Assembly: GCA_000934665.2 (NCBI GenBank)
Contig: KZ537959.1
Span: 124,001 to 188,000, forward strand
Source of the DNA: Catajapyx aquilonaris
Lineage: Eukaryota
Direction: 5' to 3'
Length of the DNA stretch: 64,000 nucleotides
Of the stretch, positions 24,301-37,000 are shown piece by piece. The first letter of the stretch is position 1. Each line of letters starts with the position of its first letter. The notes beneath the pieces are model-generated. The model was given only the letters and a program-made list of their open reading frames with translations, searched no databases and was not told the origin of the DNA. The translations under genes were made by a program, and so were the position numbers.

Positions 24301-27300
24301 AATGGTCATTGGCGATGCGAGTTATGGAAGGTCGGTTGTATAATTATTGTGTGTGTCTCGTGGTGGTGCAGGCACTGCCTCCATTTGGATTGGTTCCCGT
24401 GTCCATAAAGAGAGTTAGAGAAAGGGAGGGTGGGGGAATGGGGGTCGGGAGGGGCGCCCGAGTGGGTGGGACCGGTTGGTTGGTTGGCTGGGTGGGTGAG
24501 CGCTGAAAATACAGAGCAGGGATCGATCGGGCCGCCAACAATAAATCTATTTTGTTGGGAGGGGCTGCTAAGCCCCACTAAGCCGCTGCAAGATAAACAA
24601 CGGATCCCGTAGTTATGTTGTGTTTTTACGTCTCTCTCTTCTGTACCTCTGCCGGCTCTCTCTCTCTGTCTCTCTCGTACACATAGTGCCTTGGTGCAAT
24701 TCAATTTGCAAAGTCCCGTCAAAAGCGCTCGAGTTGGAATCACCCTGGAGAAAAAGGCGAGGTGTTGACCGCTGTGGGAATAACGACGACGTCATATATT
24801 GCAAACAAGGATCTCGGAGGAGCGTGGCAGTTAGAGCGGCGGGGACACGCAACGGTCACGATACGTGGGCCCCAGAGCGCCTTTTCCCAGCATGTATTAG
24901 TGAGGGGCAAAGGATGCCCTGGGGACGCACTTTTCGCCCTATTTGGCCCTGGCTGACATGCACCATGCCGCTCTCACGGGGGCGTCCGCGACTCTGTACG
25001 GACTAGGCTGAGGTGTTCCGCAGATATGTACCGGCCTGGGAGAATAACGAGGCGGACTGTGGCCGAGTTTTGCGGAGTAATCGATCCCGTCGGATGCGAC
25101 GATAAATGGGATAGCGGATAGCTGTGACGCAATTTGTAGGTGGCTATTGTAGCCAGGTCTCACCCTCGGTGTGTAATCCGACTTAGAGTGTTGATAGGGT
25201 GTGCCCAGGCAGCAGAGCGGAGAAGAGCCGAGCGATCCGATGCGCCAATTATGAAGATGAAAGGGGAGGATAGGCGGGAATTGGAAGTGTGAAAGGCAGG
25301 AAGGGAGGGGGAGAGTAAGGGGAAGAGAGGGCATCAGGTGTAGGAGAAAGGCAAACTGATGGTGCCAAGCAGAATGGAAAGTTTGTATGGCTCTGTACGT
25401 CGTAATTGCGTACAGAGTGGAAGAAAGTTGCGCTGCCAGATGAGCCTTTACCTGCTAAACCAAGGGGAGGAAGTCTAGTTTAATTTACGAATATTGCCCC
25501 GTGCTGCTCTTTCTATTTCTCTTTGGAAGGCAGTTGCGTTATAAAAGGAGGGTTTTAAAAAAAATGATAAAACCGGAAATGTAGAAGTTATGGCCGAGTT
25601 TCTGCTTCATCACTAGAGAATAAATTAAGGGATAGTACTTACAGTATTGCAGTTGCGTGTCACGACGTAAATCAGTGGATTTAATGCGGTTTTCAGGTAT
25701 TTACAGAAAATAACTGCGAAACTTTTGTACGAATTTGTAAGCGTCTTACGGTAGGCCGAACTAAAAGGGTTTCTAATCAATAAGCGCAACAACTGCATGC
25801 AAAGCAATTCCAGCAGAATGGACAGACCACATATTTTGATGCGAACCAACCCCTTCTTTGTTTGTGCATTTCAATTGGGCTTGTTCGCTGTTGCCATTTA
25901 TTTCTTTCGTCCTTCAACTGCAGAATGTGTGTCGTAAACAAGGCTCGAACCCAAGGTATCCTAGTGCGGTGGAATGGAGATGGTAGGTGGGGGTGCAATC
26001 CCGGGCCGAAAACGGCCCATTAAGCATTTATAAATGGTTGAGTGGTCACAACAAGCAGGGCTGCCTGCTGCGTCCCAGCTAGCCAGGCACAATATGGTAA
26101 TGGACTTTGCTCTGGAACGGTCAGCTGCAGATGGACAACTCCATCTCTGCACTCCCCGTGTCCCTCCCCACCACCACCCGTATAGCAGTATACAGTGGGG
26201 GTCTCACCTTGCGAGGTGTGTTTTGGAGTGGTGCATCTTTCAGCAGCGGGGCTGGTAGGCTTGTTTCTCCAAATGGGAAACTTCCACGACTAATTTTTGC
26301 AAAGTGGAAGTGGCACGTCGCTTGGGGACAACCTCTGTTGTTGCAGGCTGAAAAAATACGACCCGTAGAGGGTGGATGAGATGGGAAAGGGCATTGGGAG
26401 GGAGGGTGGGGGGAAGAGAGGGAGAGAGAGAGAGAGACACGCTTGCAATTTGGACTTGTCGCCTTGCGCAACTTTGCTCATTATTCGCCGAAATGGCAGT
26501 AATCCATACTTCCCCTGACGTGCCTCTCAGCAATTTGCAACTTCCGACTCGATGGAGTTCGCATTTCTTCCTCTCCCCAAAGTTTTTCTCCCTTTTCTTT
26601 CTCACAACTCTTTTCTCTTTCTCTTCCCGCCCCCCTTCCTTCCCTCCCTCCCTCCTTCATGTAGAAGAAAAAATCTTTTCTTCTTTTCTTGCCCCCGGAA
26701 GATTCGTTGGCGACAGTCCCTAACTTCTTAATCTTTCCACCAAGTGCCGCCCACTTTTATTAAGTGATCAGTAATTACGGTCTCACCGTCACCATTTTCT
26801 GCGGGCCATGACTGAAGCGATTGCCAACCAACCCAGGGTCCTATATTGAAGTGACCCGCAGCAGGAAGCGAGGTGTGGACTCGCATTAAGGCTGGCAACC
26901 TGCCCATAATGAGTTATTACCGGCAGGGTTTAACGCGCTGTCGGCTGTTAGTCTATGATTATGTTAATGTGAGATCTATTAATTAACTGCCTAGTCATCA
27001 CATCCGAGACCCACGTTTTGCCAGTAATTGCTTATTACGTGGCGTAAACCCAGCCGGCCCTTTTGCATCTGGCTCCTCTGCCCCGTGCACACACAGGACT
27101 TTCTTTTTTTGGAGGAGGGCCTACTTGGGGGCAGGCTTCGTGGTTTATCTGCTGAAGATTGCCCCAGGCATGCCCCGGCTCTCCTGGAAGTGGCCGCCGA
27201 TGTTTGTTGGCTGCCCAAGGAGCCTAGTAGTAGTGTGACTTTCAAAGTTAGGCAAAGTTTGGAGGTCGTCGGAATTTCCTAAAGCGCTGCCTACCTTGAG

Positions 27301-27877
27301 TTGTTTGCTTGAGATTCAAGTCAAACACGAACCGAGATCGAATTAAGCGCCAGGGAAGGTTCAAACTGATGCAGCTGGCGAATCAGCAATAGCTGACTGC
27401 AGGAGGGACTCGGGTCATATTTGTACGCGCTTATGTGCTGTATCTACACGCTGCGTTGGTCTACTCTGGCAGTGCAGTTTGGCCTCCTACAGGCTAATTA
27501 TTTTCCACTCTCGTCACCGGAACTTGAAGGAAACTAAATGTACACATTTTAAAGTGCCTTTTCACCTTAGGTCATGGCACACTTGTAGCTGTCAGTCACT
27601 GGGGAGGAAATGCATCTTTTCATTGTGGCTGACTGAAAAATTGCTTTCTATTACATATAATTATTATCCCTTTTACTTAGTCTACAGTTGAGGCATTTTG
27701 TTGAAATTTGATAGTTAATCTGTTGTGATATGTGATATCTGAACCATTTCACAGCTCACGAGAGAAGGAAATGTTCGGATTACTTTGCCCTTCTATCCGC
27801 TGATTATCCTGAACAGTTAGATAACCTATCCGCCTCTGTTGCGTTGCTTGTCGGGGGCTGTCCAGGGGCAAATTGCA

Positions 27878-28055
27878 CTAGCAGTAATGACAGATAATAC
27901 TGTAGTATACAAACACCGAGACAGCATTGCGTAGTAATTTTGAATTCGTAATTAAATGCGAATGCCAAATTTCAAATTTTAATGTTTGACAGAAACTTTA
28001 TTCCGGCGATGATAAGTTTTGTTCAAGAAGGGCGAATGTTTTGGAACACTCTGTA
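27878..28055. mobile_element. Tc1/mariner-type element end (single TIR), fragment; inner boundary uncertain
   Basis: The reverse complement of 28039-28055 reads TA-CAGAGTGTTCCAAAA, resembling the TA-CAGGGTG... terminus of mariner/Tc1 TIRs. It adjoins AT-rich sequence. No partner TIR was found by eye. Confidence 0.4.
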
Positions 28056-31000
28056 GATGATGACAAAGAAAACCGGACATTTTCCCGTCCTTCTGTTCCG
28101 CCCAGTGCACGGATTAAAAAGAGATTAACGTGATGGATAGATGGAGGAACTGGGCTTGGAACGGTGTAATAAGATTTCCGATACCTTCAGTGGTCTTATG
28201 AGAAGCCGCGCCCGATAGTAAGTGTAGCGTAAAAATGGGTTGTGCCATTCCTTATTGGGGAAGTCTTTGCTTCAGTACGGTGCGTCGATCCGCATTTTAG
28301 CGCTTTTGGGTGCGGAGTGATGTATCAGTTTATACCTTTGCCGATTTTATCGTTGAGTTTTAGGCATATTCAGTAGTTAAATGTTTGAAGTGATTGATAT
28401 TGTACTGTTTTAAAAGAAAGCTTCTTTGTGGAGAGAACGGGGATGAAGATATGCAAAAAGAGTTCAAGGGATTGCAAGAAAGCATTACCTCTAGAAAAAT
28501 GTTGTATTGCAGCGAAATTTAAGCAGCCAAGTAGCGTGAGGGGTGGGGTTTAGATCCTTTTAAAATACCCCATGCACTACAGTTTTGTGTTTCCCTGGCC
28601 CAGCTGAGGTCAGATTTCACCATTTTTATTGTAATGGCAACAAAAGTGATGGCATTTGGACTTTATCGAAATCAGAAGTGCCCGTGTATTTGCATTCTTG
28701 CCCATTTACGTACGGTATTGTTTTATTCCTAGAAATTGGGTGGTTAATATATAGGCTACTGTTATTGCTGAAATCTGCTTATGTACGTATCCAGAATTGC
28801 TGAGGACCCAGGACTTACATGTTAGCATTCCCTGTTTCTAGATGTTTCGCTTCTGTCTGATATTTCTTGAATGAGATTAAAACACTGCTTCTCTTTTCAC
28901 TCGAAATTTACTGATTACTTGCTACCGTTGCGGTTAAGTTTTCACCTGGTTATGCACTATAGTTAATTAATACTAGGTAAAATTAAATAAGAGCACCGTA
29001 GGCGGCCATATATAAATCGTGCTGTAAGGATAACGTGACCTTTTCAGCGAAGGAGGGATGATCTTTTCCCTAGCAGTCACGCAACTGATAGTGCCAAGTA
29101 AGAGGTGACATGTTTTCTCTCTCTCCTATTCTGGAAGTTGTTGATATGCCTGACGCGTAAGTACAACGAGGGAAAGGGGGAGTGGAAGGGAGAGGCGGAG
29201 AGGATGGGTGGGAAGGGACACAGGATAAACGAGGTGCGTGATCAATACGCGTGAGGAAGAAACAGCTGCTTAGCCCCGCCTCGGGGACAACTTAACAACT
29301 CATAAACTGTTTGCTTTGCACAATCACGAATCCCTGTTTTCCTGTTTATTCCTCCTTGATCGCGCGGTTTTTCATCCTTAGTACAGTGAACGTGTTGAGT
29401 TTTCTCCCTCCGGCTTTACATGCATGTTATAGTCATAATGTGTGTTGCAGGGCACGGGAAAATTAGCTATAGAATTTTGAACAGAGCCACCACAAATAAA
29501 CTGTTGTACTTAATTCTACATGCTCCAGTAAATGATTTATGGTGCAACTAGCCCTATAATGTGGCAATTAGTTACGAAACTAGTTGTGTATGTGTTTATC
29601 TTGCTGAAACAGTCATGCAGATGAACTGGAATGTGGATCCGATTACTTATTAAACATTTTAAAAGAGTGACTTGAGCTCAGCACGGCATTTTAAGTGTGT
29701 CACAATGGTTAGTGATGAGAAGAGGCGGTATAAAGGAAGCAAGAAAAATTCAATTTCCGTACTCATTCAAACTCCTTTGTACTTGTATATTACTATATTA
29801 TACATGCATCGTGCCTTTTTCTGGCCTGTGCGTAAAACGAGGCAAGATCATTATCGGGCACCAAATTCGGCTCTGCATTTTACGCAGCAAGCAGTACAGG
29901 AAAAAATTTGCCCTGTCGCTGGTGCTACACCACTCGCACTATTGCCGAACTTGTCATTTGTGCGCTCCCGCCTGCTATTGAGTTCTTTACCTCGTAAAAA
30001 GGCCCTTCATTTGGGGCTCTTGTGCACCCATTATTATAATGAAGCAATGGATAGTGTAGCAGGCGGCAAAATAGAAACATCCCATGCATGTACCGTACAT
30101 GTGTAATGGGCGTACGGGGAAAACTGGGGTGTAGCTGTAATGGAGTGTGCAATAATTGCAGGCCGAAGAATAGTTGTGGAGTTGCGGTGTGATGGGCTCG
30201 GGATTTGCGAAAGTGTACCCGCACGCTAATCGGCCAGATGAGCAGTAGCAGAATAGCCAGTCACTGAATAAACCTAATTGGAGCTCGTAGCCGCCATATT
30301 CCGATCAGTGCAATCTATCTATCCGGCCGTATATCAATGCGCACATCCATCTGTATTTATATCGGGGGGTCCATTTCGGCAGCGGCACGTGCGCCAATCT
30401 GCCGGCACCATCTCTATGCGGCTAGTTGACAAATGACGCCTTGTCGCCAATAAAGCGCTCAGCCATCGCCCACCACTAATAAACAGCTTGATTGTTGCGG
30501 CCGGGTGCTGCACTCGCGCGCATCACAAAGCCATCGTCATCGGACGTGGCGGTTAGAACGATACTGCCACCGACATGGTGGTCCCCTGCCCCTGTAGACC
30601 CGCTGTTCACGATCAGACACGGAAACCCTGCTAATTCGTTCAGTTTGGGTATCCAGGGTGCGCAAGTGGTGAAGTGTAGGAAAATAATTGCTGGTTCAAA
30701 CTGTGCCGCGTAGACACCCTCTGCAAAAGTGATAAAATGTAAGTTTTTCCACTGGTGCTCTAGTGCCCCATCAAATAGGGGAGTTGATTCCAAGTTATTG
30801 CTGGTGGCAATGATTTACGGAGTCGGTCGGCCAGAATGGATATAAAGTGTAAAATGGTGGGCGTAAGTGGGAGCCAATCAGCTGCAGAGAATCGCGGCGT
30901 GGATTTATCCATCTTCTTCCACTGAGCGAGCGAGCGAGTTAACTCGTCTTGAACGGAAGACAGCCTGATCGGACGTAGATCTGCACTTCCTCCTCCATTA

Positions 31001-34000
31001 TAGGTTCTATATACGGTACAGCAGTAGTAGAGGGTGGAAATGGGTGGGTGGGAAAAAGGGGGGCGATCCTTTTCTTGTCGACGGGCCTAAGAGAGGCAGC
31101 GGGGGATAAGATGATGCCGGAGGAGAATAAAGTGATCGCCGGCGCTTTCTTCGCCCTTCCGCCGCTTATCAGCGACACTGGATCTGGCGGAAGAGAATTG
31201 TGGCCCAGTCCAAAGTCCTCCTCTCCTCCCAGATATATACTTACACACGTTACAAAACTAATTTAGAGCTTTTCCATTTCCACCCCTGCTGCTGCTGCTT
31301 CAGACCAGATTTATCCCAGCCCATCATGTAAAAGCAGGGTGGGAGATATAATGCTGCCTCTATCGGCGGTCGCTTTAAAGGGCGTTCGCTGCGTGCGAGC
31401 TTTATTGGGGCTCACCCTTTTCTGTCCGGGACACTATGCAGGGGTGCAAAAGGGGATTTTGCTTGCTGCCGGAGATGGGCTGCTGTTTTTGTTTCTGGGC
31501 GCTCCGCATTAGGCCCAGGCACAAACTTGAAGCTCTTTCTCTCACCCCTTGCTCCGCCTTCTCTTCCAACTCCTTTCCTAACAGGATTTGAATATTAATC
31601 GAGGCTTGGTTAGGCCACGTTTCGCCAAGGAGCTTGATTCGGATATTGGCACAAACTTGTTCCTTTTTGTCTCGCCTTTGAAGGCGCGAGTTCCAGCCTC
31701 CAGTCAAAGCAAGAGGGCCTGCGAGGCATTGTTGCCAGCGACTCGTTTTTGTTTCCGACTGAATTATTTGTTCCGGCAGTCCCGACGCTAGTCCAATCAA
31801 TCTTGCGCGGAATAATTTTAGGCACCGAAGGCTGACCCAAACCACCGCCGTTTGTTTACCGGCTAATTGTGCACCCCCCTCTCTTTTTTGGGGGGGAGGA
31901 GGAGAGGTGGGGTAGTGGAATAATGAAATTTGGGTGGGTGTTTGGGGCCGGTTGCAGCACGTGCGCCAACTGATGTGAACTCCGATATGCCGGAATACAA
32001 TTACCGAGCCCAAGATTGCACCGCTGCGGTTTTATTTATTAGTAACTATTATGGCTTTTGCCGTCATTATGACCCCCACCCCCAACCCAGCCCTATACAC
32101 CCAATCATAACTGTCCATTCCGGTCGCCGTCATTTGCACCTACTAGCGTTTTGACCTTTCACGCAGCGCAGCATGTTTACGTGATCGCTTTCCAGCTATT
32201 CCAGCTGGGAACAACGGAAGGCAACTTGCAATAAGGGTACTGTATAGGTACTCTGGACGCCATTGTGGATGTGTGACATCGCATGCTTTTATCACTGGTG
32301 ACGTGGGAGATCTCAGATTGCGTCCAGTTTCATGCAGTCGGATGCCTACAGTGGGAAAGGGCTTGGGTATGTACAGGCGACGATGGGAAATGCAGTGGTC
32401 GTGAATCCTGCTTTGCGTGCACATGATCGTACGGGTCCATGAAATGATTTATTTTGATCGGCATTTATATGAAGGAAGCAAGTGGTAAAGAGTCAGTGGC
32501 TATTCGTCAAGGTGCGGCCTCGCTTTAGGACGCCTTGTCATGTCAGCATTCGGCATGACTTCTCCTCCGGCCAAACCGATTTTTCCCTGGAAAAAATAGG
32601 TCTACCCGCACGCGACTCACTCTTATATGGCGCTCCGTGTTGTGTGTCGCATGCCCTCCTTTTTTGCCCCGTCTTTTTTGAAAGGAGACAAGCAGTGGCA
32701 CGAGACACACAGATGAAAAATTGGCCTCCCCTTACGGGTTACATGGGTAACGTAAGTTACGACCCTTTCCTCCTTCCAAACTCCGTTATAGATGCGCGTG
32801 TCTCTGCTGTAAGCTCGGTAAAGCTTGTTGGGATAGCAGGAGGCGGAGGATGGAAGGTGTTGGAGTGGGTCTGCCGGGAGGGAAAAAATATATAATGAAA
32901 TGCATTGCGATTGTAAGAGGTCCCATATTTCTTTTCTGTCAGCTTATCTGCGTCTGCTGTGTGATTTTGGAAACGTATGAAAGTTTCTTCCCATGAATTG
33001 TGTTGGGCGAGTCGTATCTCAGAAATACTTATTTGCATACTCCAAAGTGTTCCATGACGTAAAAAGTTTCTTTCTGCCAGCCTGCTGTGTGGGGCTGATG
33101 AGGAAATTCGGCACCGCGTACTGGTCTCAGAAATGGATCTATGGAAATGAGCTCTGCAGGATTCTGAAACCTAATTGATACGAATTTATTACTCGGGTCT
33201 GTCGGCCCACAGGCTTCATCGCATTACGAGGGTAACCATCCAGCACCTTCCCTGCTGCCAGCCTGGGTCTAGATTTAGTCTCACCTGCCGCTGTTGCTGC
33301 GGAGCCGGCTCCCAGAAAATGATTGCCTTCATATAGACACTGCCCCCCCCCCCCTCCTCCCATCCTCCTCATTCCCTTGTCCCCCCACCTCGTACATTAA
33401 TTGCCGGGATTTTGGCCCCTGTCCCACCCTACCCCACCCTGCCACAACCCTTCCAACCCCCACCAAGCTAGTCCCCCGCAACCTTTCCACATGAGGGGCA
33501 AGCAATGCAGGCGATCGATTTGGGTCGGGGATCAAAGGACTCTCTCGCCCCACTTGCTTCCAGCACAGCTGGTAACTCTGCTGTGTGGGCTATGTGTATA
33601 TGTACTCACACCACGCACGGTATCAGCCAAAGAGATAAAAAAAATATATACGAGTGCATATCCGAAGGGGCGATATTTATGCAGTTTGCAATTTTGGCAT
33701 TCTTTGTGCGCCGCCTGAATTCCTTATTCATCCGTCCCGTCCTTCTCCCGCCTTCTCTTTCGCCGTGCGACCTAAGTAAATCTTGGAATAAATCGCGGCC
33801 GTCATGTTCTGTTGGCAGGTGCGGCGCGCTGAAAAATGGAAACCATTTTGCAGGCGCCGAAGGTAGGAAGGAAGTGTAAAGGAAAATGCGGAAAGAGACT
33901 GGATCCTGCCGCTTGTCACCACACACAATCCCTTTTCACAACCCATCACAGTCACGTCCCTTCATTCTTTCTTTCTTCTCCGCCGTTCCATTCCAGGCCG

Positions 34001-37000
34001 CGCAGCACATCCTTTCTATCTGACGGATTCTGGATCAGACGCCAATGAGAGGAAGCTCAGTGCTTTTATGAAGCTGTGTCTTGAAAGTGCGTGTTTGCAC
34101 TTGGGTCCTTGAGAGAAAAGGAAAGGAATGGATCGATTGCGAGTCGCAGCATCCAGAGCCGCAGCAACGAAGGATCATCGCCGCAGACCAAAGAAGGGAA
34201 ATGTGTGCCTTCTCCTCTCTTACCAATTGAATTATGGGAGCAAGCCAGCCAGCCTCCTTTTCCTCCCACCCACCCAGCCCCATTCCTCTCTCGACGTTCC
34301 CCCAACGCAATTTTACTACTTGTCTGCTGTATCGACCGGCAGCGGGAACATTGTCGTACCAAGTTTGGGTTCGCCGGAGAGATGCTACAAGTTCGCCTCT
34401 TTTTATTGAATAGGCTTTCGAATGACTTTGCAGATACAACATCCGCAACGCCTCAGAGCATTTCCTCTCGATCCTACAGTTCTCTTTTGTGTAGAGTGAA
34501 TTTATACGACCGGTATGCTGGTGATTTATGAGGAACATCGCTGACAAACAGTGATAAGCTGATAACCAATGACGGGGTTCCTAGTTAGCCAGTTTGTCTG
34601 GTCCGATACTTTACTTGTCATTTCCACACTTTTGATTGCTTTTGAGCGTTCATTTCAGGAAGTTGCCTCAAGTTACTAGTAGTTATGATATACTGCTTTT
34701 AAAGTGGAGCTGAGGAGTGCGAAGGCACATAAGCTCAGCAGTGAGCGCTCTGAATATGCTCTAGTGCCAAGATATCATTTTTGACTTGCCTTAAAAAAAT
34801 CAGTGGACGAACTTTTTGAAGTTGGAATATTCACCGTCTAATTTGACTTCGAACTTTAAATAAATGGCACGCCAGCTCCACCTCATTACTGAAGAACACA
34901 TAATCTCCTATTGACATACAAGTTTGTTTTAGATGCTATAAACATATATAGACAGATGACCGAGGCTCTCAGTGGATTTCCTGGCGTAACGGTCCTCTTC
35001 AGATGTGTTGATTGGCCACAGCTCCTAGGCAGAATCTTCCACGAGAGGTAGGATCAAGAGTTCTTAGGCTTCATGATTGAGCCTCCCAAGTGCGAGGGAT
35101 GTGAAGGTTTGGTACTCTGATGCTTGTGGCAAGTTAGTCCTAATTTGTAGTGAATGTTGAAGATGGGTTAGGACCGCAGATTCCGGTTGGCGGGATTTGC
35201 GAATCTCCACGCCGCACCTAACAATCCGTCTGTTGAAAATAGCAGTTAATCAATTTCATCCTTGTCACTTGCAGTTCTTGTTGTCGACTTGGTACACTTT
35301 GCGGTGTTGATGAGATTGGATGGGATTTGTGCTGTGGTGGGTGGGTGGGTGAGTTGCCTTTTGGGAGGGGGTGGACGGGTGGAGGGGGGGGGGGCTGGAT
35401 GGGAGGACTCGTTTTGCAACTGGTGTTTCGCCTCATGAGCTTTAGCTGCTGCAGCCGAGGAGATAATTAACTTGTTCGCCCGAGTTTTAACCTCGGACAA
35501 AGTTTCTACTTTGTTCCAGGATTCTGCCCAACTGACTTTTCCGCCGGAAATACGCCACTGTATTTTTTCTCATCTGCTCACTGCTTTTCTCCTCGAATTT
35601 TTGACGCAATTCCGGGTGCGCCGTGGTATAGCAGGTGGGCTTGGCAGCTCTAGAGTGTTGTTCTTTTAAAAAAGTTATTCTATCTGTATATACTGTATAT
35701 ATTTTTAGTGGGAAGCGAGTCGATAGCTATCACATGGGGCTGAATTTCTCATAACCAGTTTATCTCTGCACGTGGTGAACAAAAGAAATGCCATGAACGA
35801 TGTTCAGGCCGGTTGATACACTTGATTGGGACGACGGCCGCTGGGTTTGATTTATTGCGGCATAAGCACGTGCTAAAAGTGATTAGCAATGGCGCACCCT
35901 GTGAACAGTGCTGCTTGTGAACATGCGTTATTGATGAGAGAGACGATTAACGGCTATTGACATGCTGGAGCACAATACCTTGCGGTGTTTGTCGAGTGGT
36001 GGGTGCCTGCCTGCTGGAGGACCATTTTGCTGGGAACAAAACTGTATATGAAAGCAGACTGTATCTCTAATTGGGTTTATGCATAAACAATGAGATCGGG
36101 CGCTGTGCGTAATAGGGTTTGAACTCGGTCGGGAGCCTCGACTTCTTCCCCTTCTTCTCGAGATGAGGAAGACAAAAGGGGTGGGGTGAGTGAGCCATCA
36201 TCTGACTTCACGTCATTATCGCCTCAATACCTTATGGAATTATTGATGAGGTAGAGGTCGGAGGAAAGATGGCTGCTTGCCGAAGGGGGCGGGTTGGGGC
36301 GGGGGTTGGAGCGGGGAGCATTAATATTAGAATTCCAGAGGCAAGTGCAGTGGCAGCCCGCTTTGCTCAGCCTTTCCAATCAAATCGAAACCGCAGCACA
36401 ATACAGTATATCCTTATATCCTTCCTGCTGCTGCTGTCGCTGCTGCTGCTGTTGCAGAGAGGGTTTTCATTGCTGCGGTCATGCGGCCACCATTTATCAC
36501 GTTCTCTCTTGTGCCCACCGCTATGTGCTGCCCGAGGGGGCTTGCCACTAATAACATACCTCCTCCTTGCACTGGGCAACATTTCCTTCAAACGGTTATT
36601 TTCTTTCCGAATTAAATAAAATGATGTTATAATATGAGGTAATTCATGCTACCGATGGGCACACGAAGGTCAAAATTCTGCCCCTCTTCTCTATCACTCT
36701 TGTGACTATCAAGTCAAAATAATTACAAATTTAACTGTGATTTTTATCATTTCTGACACTATCAGTATCTCTGTGCCCCAGAATTTGTCTTGAGGATACC
36801 CGGGGTCTATGGGATGACTGATATGATTGGAGTCAATCAATGCCTACACTCCCTTCACAATGAACACGGAAATATCAGGAGGCGCTTCCTATAGCTACTA
36901 TTTTTAAAGTGTGTGAGTGGTTATGCAGATCCACTATCCTGGAGCCTACATAGCAGATTTTTTTCGTTAGTTAGGAGGGTTGCGTGAGATTTGACTTTTA

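Noticed and set aside
25940..25956. Minus-strand B-box-like GGTTCGAGCC (similar at ~36114 and ~49570)
   Set aside because: No A-box, tRNA-like fold, SINE body or TSD.
29436..29450. Acceptor-like TGTGTTGCAG (similar one near 17925)
   Set aside because: No convincing downstream donor defining an exon was seen, and such motifs are common by chance.
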